DNA of 9,120 nucleotides from Escherichia coli. GTDB lineage: Bacteria; Pseudomonadota; Gammaproteobacteria; Enterobacterales; Enterobacteriaceae. Position numbers and translations under genes: made by a program. Below are positions 1 through 6,703 of this stretch, in pieces (position 1 is the stretch's first letter; every line of letters begins with the position of its first letter). Under the pieces are notes generated by a model, which saw only the letters and a list, made by a program, of their open reading frames with translations, did no database searches and was not told the DNA's origin. The stretch is taken from the NCBI RefSeq assembly GCF_003334815.1, contig NZ_QOWO01000063.1, one strand, 5' to 3'.

Positions 1-94
1 AAAAAATCGGCTCAAACATGAAGAAATGAAATGACTGAGTCAGCCGAGAAGAATTTCCCCGCTTATTCGCACCTTCCTTAAACCCGATACGCTT

Positions 95-1390
95 TTGATC
101 AATAAAGTCCATGCAGAAAGCCTAAGGCTTGATTGGCTGGCTAAGACCACGCCTCCAGTCGCTAGTGTTCATCCTACCGTGCCTCTTGCCGCTCCTGCCC
201 CTACTATCGATAACGAGTATGTTAATCGAAAGTATTACACTAAGAATCTGTCGTGGTTATGCTCTGAATATCTAAAGCATCGGCGCAAGGGCAAGGTATC
301 GGAGTCGGCTATAAGTGATATCCGTAACTATTTCAGCTTTATGATCGAAGCGATGGGTGACATTCAGTTGGAAGATTTTGATCGCGATTTCCTCCGGGCT
401 TATGAGAGCAAACTGCGCACGATCCCAGCAAACCGTAATTTAGTCAAAGCTAAATATGGAGTGAAAACGCTGGATCAGTTAATCGCCAAAGCGGCAGAAT
501 GCGGCGATAAATTGATGACTGAGGAATCCGTTAGGAAGTATATCAACGGCATTTATGGTGCAATGAAGTGGGCTGTTGCTGACGGTAAGCTACTGAAATC
601 GCCATGCGAAAACTTTTTTCCATCCGATGATAAAGATGAGCGAGATCAGGATCACACTGACATATTTGAACCGCATGAAATTAAAGCGATTTTTTCGTTA
701 CCGTGGTTTGAGGCTGGAACTGTTGAACGCAATGCGCAAGGGCGATTCCATCAATATTGCCCGTTTAACTATTGGGCAATATTGATGGGCTTGATGACGG
801 GGGCGCGAGTTAATGAAATCGCTCAGTTACTGCTGAGTGATGTTCTGGCAGACGACGGCGTCTATTATTTGAACCTTGAAAGCGATAATGAAAGCGGAAA
901 GAAACTCAAAAATGCTAATGCTCGCCGCAAGATTCCGCTCCATTCAAAGCTGATTAGTCTCGGTTTCATCGACTACGTGAACGCCTTAAAAGATGCAGGG
1001 TATACCCGTCTCTTCCCGGAGCTTAAACCACATAAAACAAAAGGCTATGGTAGGCCAGTTTCCGCATGGTTCAATGAATCGTTGCTTGCGGGGCGGTTGA
1101 AACTCGAGAGGAACAGAAGCAAATCTTTCCATTCTTTTCGCCACTCAGTTTCGACTTTGCTCAAGGAGAAGGGCGTTAGCTCAGAATTACGAGCGCAGCT
1201 ACTTGGGCATGTGCGCGGCGAAACTGAAACGGAAGTGCGATATAGCAAAGACCTCAAACCAATTCATATGATTGAAGTCGTGGAGAAAATTGATTTTTCG
1301 TTACCTGATATAGCGGAATTCAACATTCCTGACGGGCTGGATGCTGTCAGAGATGCGTTGCGAAGAAAGCGTGGCAAACAAACAGGTTGA
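95..1390 (+). CDS. Tyrosine recombinase / phage-type integrase
   Basis: Long ORF whose C-terminal half carries the tyrosine-recombinase catalytic signature: LMTGARVNEIAQ (box I Arg), then HSFRHSVSTLL ... LLGHVRGETETEVRYSKD (H-x-x-R, His, catalytic Tyr). The first in-frame start is TTG at 95 (in-frame stop at 32..34) with no clear SD; GTG at 179 and ATG at 341 are alternatives, so the 5' end is uncertain. Confidence 0.8.
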   Translation: MINKVHAESLRLDWLAKTTPPVASVHPTVPLAAPAPTIDNEYVNRKYYTKNLSWLCSEYLKHRRKGKVSESAISDIRNYFSFMIEAMGDIQLEDFDRDFLRAYESKLRTIPANRNLVKAKYGVKTLDQLIAKAAECGDKLMTEESVRKYINGIYGAMKWAVADGKLLKSPCENFFPSDDKDERDQDHTDIFEPHEIKAIFSLPWFEAGTVERNAQGRFHQYCPFNYWAILMGLMTGARVNEIAQLLLSDVLADDGVYYLNLESDNESGKKLKNANARRKIPLHSKLISLGFIDYVNALKDAGYTRLFPELKPHKTKGYGRPVSAWFNESLLAGRLKLERNRSKSFHSFRHSVSTLLKEKGVSSELRAQLLGHVRGETETEVRYSKDLKPIHMIEVVEKIDFSLPDIAEFNIPDGLDAVRDALRRKRGKQTG

Positions 1391-1423
1391 ATCAGTTACT
1401 ATTCAGTTGAGTGATGCTTGAAT

Positions 1424-1455
1424 GCGCTGGGACGCTTCCTGGCGCGTTTTTTATT
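1424..1455 (+). terminator. Rho-independent terminator downstream of the integrase
   Basis: GCGCTGGGA / TCCTGGCGC stem (9 bp including two G-U pairs, 4-nt loop CGCT) followed immediately by TTTTTTATT at 1447..1455; lies between the convergent integrase and the 1523..1855 gene. Confidence 0.45.
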
Positions 1456-1522
1456 AAGGGTGGTGGATTTCATAGTGCTGAATTTGGAGACGCTCAAAAC
1501 ACGTTTGGTGAAACTTGATGAC

Positions 1523-1855
1523 CTACGATTGCACCCGCAGCCCTTCTACGCTTTCTGATGGTAGATTTATCACTGTTTTAATGCTGGCCTCTATGTTGCC
1601 AATGATGTCTTCGCGCGGGCCGCTGCGCCAGTCATCGCTTGCGTAAAAAGCGTCGAGAACCGTAGTCATGCTTTTAGGGCTGACAAAGGCGCGAATCAGG
1701 TAATAGCAGTCCGGGTCATGCAGAGAGTTACCAAACGAAACAACATCGATCCCGTGGCGTTGGTGTAGGGGAACACTGATTTCCTGCATAATGGCGTGAA
1801 AAGCGGCACCGCTGCCTTTGCGTAAGGTGTATTGCAGTATCTCGACGGTTCTCAA
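1523..1855 (-). CDS. Small dimeric alpha/beta-barrel protein, NIPSNAP/ABM-like (hypothetical)
   Basis: 110-codon ORF; the N-terminus MRTVEILQYTLRKGSGAAFH resembles the beta1 motif of NIPSNAP/stress-responsive alpha-beta barrel proteins. TTG start at 1855 with a GGAG 8 nt upstream on the minus strand; an out-of-frame ATG (1860..1858) is followed by a stop after two codons. Confidence 0.5.
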   Translation of the reverse strand: MRTVEILQYTLRKGSGAAFHAIMQEISVPLHQRHGIDVVSFGNSLHDPDCYYLIRAFVSPKSMTTVLDAFYASDDWRSGPREDIIGNIEASIKTVINLPSESVEGLRVQS

Positions 1856-2828
1856 AGCATTATCTCCGCGTCGCCTCTGGACGGCTCCCTTGTTGATAGC
1901 AATAAAGTAAACCGGACTGGGCCATGAAGCTACTGCTAATCAGACAGTCATCCGTAAGCAAAAGCTGCGATATGCGGTTCAAACGCGCTGTAAGGCTCTC
2001 TGGCGAGTGTTTTAAAGAAGGTAGTCGAAATCATGGTGCAGAATTCGCGGCGCTCTCATAGAGTGACTGGCGAAGCCAGTTGAAACAAGCGTAGCGGAGT
2101 TCGAGCAATCAATGAGAAATCTGGGCGAGCTTTAAGCTTTACCGCGCTTCTTAACTTTTGAGTCTGTTTGGCTCTATAAGGATAAGCCTGCCGCCGTGGA
2201 AATTTTCGGACGCTATGCCTGAGAGGGGCGCTTCCAAACCTAGGGCATCCACTTTTTCGCTCCCAACTTATCTGGCTGCATTTACACCGCGAACACGTTG
2301 AACGTTAGCAGCTTCTGGTTCGTATTTGGTTGTTACGCAGGAGAGGTAAAAACGGCAGGTTTACTTTTGACGGCAACGCCATAAGACACCAAACAGCAGA
2401 GAAGTGTAATTGTTAAAAATGTTAAAACATAACTTGTTCTTTAAGATGTAAACCCTTCCTCGGGGGGGAAGCCGGACATATCAACCATAAGGCCATCTGA
2501 GAAGATAGCCTGTAGGTTGCTCGGTTCCCCTTGCCAGATGAAGATCAAGTCTTCCTCGTGGTGTGACGACCTTTCTTGAAAGATGCATTATGCGCAAAAG
2601 AAGCTACTCAAGAATCCGCCGATAGCTACTTTCACCCTCTGCTTGGCTGCATCAAACGCTTGCGCGCCCTACCTACCACAATCAACGTTACGCAGAGTTC
2701 CCATCCTGACGTCTTCCGCTAAACAGCGGTGATCTCCACCTACCCGGACCGGTTTACCGCATGAGGTAGGTGTCAGGAGAGAAGCTAGCACACCATCATT
2801 TTAAAGAAAAGTCATATATATCATATGG

Positions 2829-2851
2829 CTGCGTTCATATTCTGAACGCAG
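2829..2851. repeat. Perfect 9-bp inverted repeat (CTGCGTTCA-N5-TGAACGCAG) just downstream of the DUF1643-like gene
   Basis: Read directly: 2829..2837 is the reverse complement of 2843..2851. No adjacent T-tract on either strand, so it is more likely a protein-binding site or RNA hairpin than a classical terminator. Confidence 0.5.
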
Positions 2852-2860
2852 TTATCGATG

Positions 2861-3327
2861 TTAACCTAAAGGTATGAGAACACTGTCGTTTTTCATATAC
2901 AAAGGGTGCTTCGGCTCACCTGTAGCGTTTAAGACGAAGCACATTGTGCTCTCTGGCAATAGCTGTCGGACGGTCGTTGAGCGTTTGAGGTGTCTTCCTT
3001 CATTTCCCCATGCGGCGACAACCAGTCCGGCACCGCTAACAAGACGTATCAAGTGGCTATCGTTATCTTTGCCAATGGGATCAGACGCTTTCATCATTTC
3101 ATGTCGCTGGGTGTGAACGAATGCGAACAGGTTGGCCATGTATACGCCACCGTAGCCCCAGCTTTTGGCAAACGATATGCAGCGGCTCAAGGTGCGATCA
3201 TCCTTCTCAGCATCGGCGTATGAAGGGTTTAGCCCTATGAAAAGGGCATATGGTTTTGATTCGTCCCAGACTCGTGATAACGAGTAGCGATATTGACCGC
3301 ACGGTGAAAAATCGCGTCTTTAATCAT
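2861..3327 (-). pseudogene. DUF1643-family gene interrupted by a frameshift in a homopolymer run (or N-terminally truncated product from TTG 3190)
   Basis: The 2861..3190 ORF translation contains SRCISFAKSWGYGGVYMANLFAF ... VAAWG ... GEPKHPLY, matching the DUF1643 pattern as I remember it. The same frame continues upstream (KPYALFIGLNPSYADAEKDDRTL, also family-typical) to a stop at 3320..3322 with no start codon. An ATG with an AAGGA SD 8 nt upstream sits at 3327..3325 in another frame and terminates after 30 codons. The two frames meet at the A5 run at 3307..3311; adding one base there gives a continuous ORF of about 155 codons. Confidence 0.5.
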
Positions 3328-3398
3328 TTCGGTTGTCCTTATGAAGTGATGGTTTCAGCCTAACATGTCTTTATCCGTTTTAAGCGCCAACAAACGAC

Positions 3399-3499
3399 CG
3401 TTTTCTGGCACCTCCCAATCGCACGCTTTCACACTGTTGGAAAAATAGCCTTGGCTTTTCTGGCAGGCCATCCTAATGTTGGCCTCGTTTTCTGGCAGG
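3399..3499 (+). promoter_or_regulatory. Three direct repeats of TTTTCTGGCA upstream of the serine recombinase (candidate res-like or operator region)
   Basis: Core TTTTCTGGCA at 3401..3410, 3456..3465 and 3488..3497 (flanks cgTTTTCTGGCAcc, gcTTTTCTGGCAgg, cgTTTTCTGGCAgg). A small inverted repeat AGGCCA-N9-TGGCCT lies between copies 2 and 3. The last copy ends about 22 bp before the recombinase ATG. Confidence 0.4.
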
Positions 3500-3519
3500 G
3501 GTCAGATGGGGAGATAACA

Positions 3520-4080
3520 ATGGCAACTTTTGGCTACGGACGTGTTTCGACATCGCAGCAGGATACTGAGAACCAACGGCTGGAGCTTGGGCAGGCTGGG
3601 TGGCAAATTGATTACTGGTTTGCCGATGTTGTTAGCGGGAAGGTTCCGGCAATGCAACGTAAAGCATTTTCTGAAATGCTCAATAAAATCCGCGATGGTG
3701 AAACGTTGGTGGTAGCGAAGCTTGATCGTCTGGGGCGTGATGCGATTGACGTCTTGCAAACGGTAAGGGCGCTGGCTGACCGTAATATCAAGGTTCTTGT
3801 CCACCAGCTTGGTAACACAGATCTCACTTCTGCCGCTGGGAAGTTGCTATTATCTATGCTCGCCGCGGTTGCGGAGATGGAGCGTGATCTGCTGATTGAG
3901 CGCACTCAGGCGGGACTATCACGAGCAAAAGCCGAAGGTAAGAAATTGGGCAGACCTCCTAAAATCGCGTCAGAAGCCCGTAGAGAGATTTTAGAGAAAA
4001 AGAATAGCGGTTTGAGTATCAGTGCGTTAGCGCGTCAATATGGCGTTTCAAGAGCGACTGTAGCAGCTATTACCGATTGA
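3520..4080 (+). CDS. Serine recombinase (resolvase/invertase family)
   Basis: Translation from ATG 3520 (GGGGAGA SD about 6 nt upstream) begins MATFGYGRVSTSQQD with the catalytic Ser motif, then LVVAKLDRLGRD and a C-terminal HTH (GLSISALARQYGVSRATV) after a GRPPK linker. This is the classic small serine recombinase architecture. The ORF-track start at 3451 is an upstream in-frame extension without an RBS. Confidence 0.9.
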   Translation: MATFGYGRVSTSQQDTENQRLELGQAGWQIDYWFADVVSGKVPAMQRKAFSEMLNKIRDGETLVVAKLDRLGRDAIDVLQTVRALADRNIKVLVHQLGNTDLTSAAGKLLLSMLAAVAEMERDLLIERTQAGLSRAKAEGKKLGRPPKIASEARREILEKKNSGLSISALARQYGVSRATVAAITD

Positions 4081-4093
4081 ATATGGAGAGTTT

Positions 4094-4939
4094 ATGGCTT
4101 ACACAGCAACTGTTATCCCTGTAATGATTGCTTCTCCTGGTGATGTCGCTGAAGAGAGACAAGTCATTCGTGAAATGATCCATGAGTGGAATGATATAAA
4201 TTCAGCTCGTTCAAAAGTAATGTTGACACCAATTGGATGGGAAACTCATACATCACCCGAATTAGGAGTTAGGCCTCAGGAGTTGATTAATCAAAGATTA
4301 TTAGTAGATTGTGATTTATTAATCGGTGTGTTTTGGACTCGTCTAGGCTCACCGACTGGGAACGAGGCCAGCGGAACAGTCGAAGAAATCCACCGTCATT
4401 TGAATGCGGGAAAACCGGCAATGATTTACTTTTCCTCAAAGCCTGTTGCCCCTGAAAGCCTTGATAGAGAACAATATGAGTCTCTTAAATTGTTCAAAAC
4501 TGAGTGCATGCAAAAGGGATTGATAGAGTCTTTTAATGACTTATCTGATTTCAAAGAAAAAGTCCGTAGGCAACTTTCGATAATTATTTCTAGTAGCCCT
4601 TATTTGTCTTCTCTTATATCTACCATTAACAATTCTCCTGATGCGAATACAAGTCAATCTTTGCCAGAAAGTAATTTGTCCGCCGATGCACTCAGTTTGC
4701 TGAAATTAGCATGTGTCGATGATAGCGGAACAATTTATGTGATAAGGCATTTAGGTGGCACGGATATTCAAGCGGGAAATCAATCCTTTGGTGGAAGTTC
4801 GGCTAGAGAGGTAGCCCGTTGGGAGGGCGCACTTAACGAACTGTTATCCTTTGATTTTGTGATTGAAAGAGGGGCAAAAGGACAAATGTATTATGTTACT
4901 CATAAAGGCTGGACATTTCTTGAATCTTTAAATGAATAA
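4094..4939 (+). CDS. Hypothetical two-domain cargo protein; N-terminal domain resembles a DUF4062/TIR-like Rossmann-type domain, C-terminal domain unknown
   Basis: ATG 4094 with GGAGAG SD; starts 13 bp after the recombinase stop. The N-terminal segment VMIASPGDVAEERQVI ... LVDCDLLIGVFWTRLGSPTG ... GTVEEIHRHLNAGKPAMIYF fits the strand-helix pattern and conserved acidic/ER and CD motifs I associate with DUF4062-type domains (from memory, unverified). The gene is visibly more AT-rich than the recombinase. Confidence 0.55.
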   Translation: MAYTATVIPVMIASPGDVAEERQVIREMIHEWNDINSARSKVMLTPIGWETHTSPELGVRPQELINQRLLVDCDLLIGVFWTRLGSPTGNEASGTVEEIHRHLNAGKPAMIYFSSKPVAPESLDREQYESLKLFKTECMQKGLIESFNDLSDFKEKVRRQLSIIISSSPYLSSLISTINNSPDANTSQSLPESNLSADALSLLKLACVDDSGTIYVIRHLGGTDIQAGNQSFGGSSAREVARWEGALNELLSFDFVIERGAKGQMYYVTHKGWTFLESLNE

Positions 4940-4999
4940 TTAAATGCGAGGTCATTACATAAGTTTATTTTTGATGTTAGGGTGAATTCCCTCACATTT

Positions 5000-5494
5000 T
5001 TATTCGAAAGAGGCCGCAATGACTTCTCCTGTTTTTGCGTTGAAAACACAAAAGTATTGAAGCGGAGCTAGCATCCCCAAGCTGTTAACTACCTTAGCTT
5101 GTTGCCCAAATGCCTGAATAATCTTCGCGTTCTCATCGTGCCAGAGATAAGTATTAAATACAGGCGCTTCGCTTTCTTGCCACACATGGCGAAACTTCGC
5201 TTTCTCATCCATTACCTTTTTGCACTCCCTGACCGGGTTATGGTGCGTTTTCGCATAGCATTCCGGGTTGTCATCTGCACATACGATATCTTTTCGTGCT
5301 GTCTGATGCTCAGCACCTACAGCAGAAAAGGCGCATACGCCCAGCACCAATGAGAGAGTGCCCAGAGCACCCCATACAGTTGCGCGTAGCGTGCTGATGT
5401 GCTGCTTTGATACAGCATGGGCAACTACACTATAACTGGCCCAGCTAATCGCGGCTCCCGCTGCAATCGGTAATAAAAAGTCTGCTCCCGTCAT
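5000..5494 (-). CDS. Small membrane protein, two predicted TM helices plus a Cys-containing C-terminal domain (hypothetical)
   Basis: ATG at 5494 with GAGGG SD 5 nt upstream on the minus strand. Hydrophobic segments ADFLLPIAAGAAISWASYSVVAHAV and ATVWGALGTLSLVLGVCAFSAVGA are followed by a soluble domain with several Cys. The ORF-track start at 5551 is an extension without an RBS. Confidence 0.6.
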   Translation of the reverse strand: MTGADFLLPIAAGAAISWASYSVVAHAVSKQHISTLRATVWGALGTLSLVLGVCAFSAVGAEHQTARKDIVCADDNPECYAKTHHNPVRECKKVMDEKAKFRHVWQESEAPVFNTYLWHDENAKIIQAFGQQAKVVNSLGMLAPLQYFCVFNAKTGEVIAASFE

Positions 5495-5554
5495 GATTCC
5501 CTCACTTTCCAAACCACATCGCGCCTGATAGCGAACGCTGGTGACGCCCAACCG

Positions 5555-5568
5555 ATGATGATCATCAT
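5555..5568. promoter_or_regulatory. Perfect 14-bp palindrome ATGATGATCATCAT in the divergent intergenic region (candidate operator)
   Basis: Read directly; self-complementary across the 5561/5562 centre. It sits about 60 bp upstream of the membrane-protein start and about 165 bp upstream of the XRE regulator start. Confidence 0.4.
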
Positions 5569-5734
5569 ACTTGTTGGGTTTTAAATGTCACCATTGGTGT
5601 TTGTTTTGAATCAAAAAGGATTGTCATGATACAGCCGATGAATGCTAGTGACTAAGCTCGCTGAAGTGAGATTGGATTCAAAATATCTCATATGGAGCGT
5701 GGCCTTACAGTGGTCAAAATTGCACATTCAGTGC

Positions 5735-6199
5735 ATGAAAAAATCCCTGAGAATACAGTTTGGCGAGCGGGTAAAAGAACTGCGCATTGCCACCGGATTG
5801 AGCCAAGAGGCCTTTGCCGATCGGTGCGGGTTTGCACGTAGTTATATGAGCAGAATTGAACGTGGTGGCTCTAATGCGTCTCTGGATGCGATTGAGGTGC
5901 TGGCTAACGCTCTGAGCGTTGAGCCGTGGCAGTTGTTAGCGCCTGGCCCATCTGAAGATAACGACTCGGAACTGTTGGTTCCATACGCAGCCGATGGTTC
6001 CTGTTTTCACCCCGGTTTGGCGAGCACCCGTGATGGTTCGTTTGGCGTAGGTGATAAAGCGGCTCAGAAGCGTTTTGGCACGTTTGCTGAAGCTCTTGAG
6101 TATCTTCGTAGCATGGAGACAGCAAAATGGCGTAGGCCTAATCCTAGCGGCAACTGGGGTATCGTATCAGCGGTTCGGTGGGACAAACTGAGAAAGTAG
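5735..6199 (+). CDS. XRE-family (Cro/cI-type) helix-turn-helix transcriptional regulator with an uncharacterised C-terminal domain
   Basis: MKKSLRIQFGERVKELRIATGLSQEAFADRCGFARSYMSRIERGGSNASLDAIEVLANALSVEPWQLL is a textbook XRE HTH. The start was chosen at ATG 5735 because the HTH then sits at the N-terminus; no good SD at either 5735 or the ORF-track start 5642, so the start is uncertain. Confidence 0.75.
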   Translation: MKKSLRIQFGERVKELRIATGLSQEAFADRCGFARSYMSRIERGGSNASLDAIEVLANALSVEPWQLLAPGPSEDNDSELLVPYAADGSCFHPGLASTRDGSFGVGDKAAQKRFGTFAEALEYLRSMETAKWRRPNPSGNWGIVSAVRWDKLRK

Positions 6200-6678
6200 C
6201 TCAAGTGTAAGTTTATGAATTTTTATGCTGTATGGATGAACAGTATTCATTAGATGCTGATAGTCTTATGTTTCATCAGCCCTTTGTTTCTATAAGAGTG
6301 AATAAAACAGCAAAATGCGGGTGCGTTACGGTGGCGTTTCGCTTTGGCTCTTAATGGCTTAATTCATATAAATAACATTGAGTTAAATAGTTATTCTGAA
6401 CAAGGTCTGCCGGGGTCTAACTGGTTTCAAAATCCGAACGCAGTGGCGTTTATTCAACGTCCACATAGCTGACAAATGTTCTTTCCTCCCGACTCGGCAG
6501 ACCTCCAGAAACATTAAAAGGCAGGTATGGCACGTTGATGTTTTATGCCGCCACGAACACTCGGTTTGATTCCGTCCAGCGGATCAAACTTAATATGTAG
6601 CCCCTAGAACAAAAAGGTCCTACGATTGCTCTCTTAACAGCTAACAGGAACGTGATTACAGCAGGTTATAGAGACTTA

Positions 6679-6703
6679 GGTTCGAGTCCGGCCTTCGGTA
6701 CCA
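6679..6703 (+). repeat. tRNA-Leu 3'-end-like sequence (T-loop, acceptor 3' strand and CCA): candidate att direct repeat / island junction
   Basis: GGTTCGAGTCCGGCCTTCGGTACCA matches the 3' end of enterobacterial tRNA-Leu(CAA) (leuX type, recalled as ...CCGGTTCGAGTCCGGCCTTCGGCACCA) with one mismatch. The upstream sequence cannot form the rest of a cloverleaf (the T-stem 5' strand is TTAGG, not GCCGG), so this is a 3' fragment, not a gene. Confidence 0.55.

Larger units (their letters stand above)
1..6703. mobile_element. Putative integrative island (left part truncated by window) carrying its own tyrosine integrase and ending at a tRNA-Leu 3'-end direct repeat
   Basis: Integrase gene at the left edge in the orientation usual for tRNA-adjacent islands; a 25-bp sequence matching the 3' end of a tRNA-Leu including CCA at 6679..6703 on the same strand; mixed gene content with a decayed segment. 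The cognate tRNA gene itself is not in the window, so the extent is inferred. Confidence 0.4.

Noticed and set aside
1045-1257. 70-codon minus-strand ORF inside the integrase gene
   Set aside because: Entirely antisense to a well-supported CDS, with no RBS and no recognisable motifs; treated as a chance ORF.
2874-3223. Two plus-strand ORFs (2874..3116 and 2990..3223) overlapping the DUF1643-like gene
   Set aside because: Opposite strand of a gene with a clear family signature; the translations are low-complexity and Cys/Arg-rich with no motifs.
3399-3420. Sigma-54 type promoter suggested by TGGCAC in the first repeat copy
   Set aside because: The spacing and the -12 element do not fit: TGGCAC is followed by CTCCCAATCG rather than N5-TTGCA.
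3502-3905. Three alternative-frame or antisense ORFs within the serine recombinase gene (3502..3804 minus, 3530..3715 plus, 3612..3905 minus)
   Set aside because: They overlap a CDS with unambiguous catalytic and HTH motifs; their translations look like shadow ORFs.
4672-4680. Inverted copy (TGCCAGAAA) of the recombinase-upstream repeat core inside the 4094..4939 gene, which could have defined an invertible segment
   Set aside because: Only a 9-bp match with no extended similarity in the flanks; a match of this length is expected by chance in a window of this size.
4979-5001. Short hairpin AGGG-TGAATT-CCCT followed by a T-run between the convergent 4094..4939 and 5000..5494 genes
   Set aside because: The stem is only 4 bp, too weak to call a terminator with any confidence.
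5099-5353. 84-codon plus-strand ORF antisense to the membrane-protein gene
   Set aside because: Shadow ORF inside a CDS that has a good RBS and clear TM organisation; no independent support.
5904-6125. 73-codon minus-strand ORF antisense to the XRE regulator gene
   Set aside because: Shadow ORF within a well-supported regulator gene.
6600-6703. Possible intact tRNA gene ending at the CCA at 6701..6703
   Set aside because: Only the T-loop, 3' T-stem and acceptor 3' strand are present. The bases that should form the 5' T-stem strand and the rest of the cloverleaf do not pair, so this is a tRNA 3' fragment (att-type repeat), not a gene.
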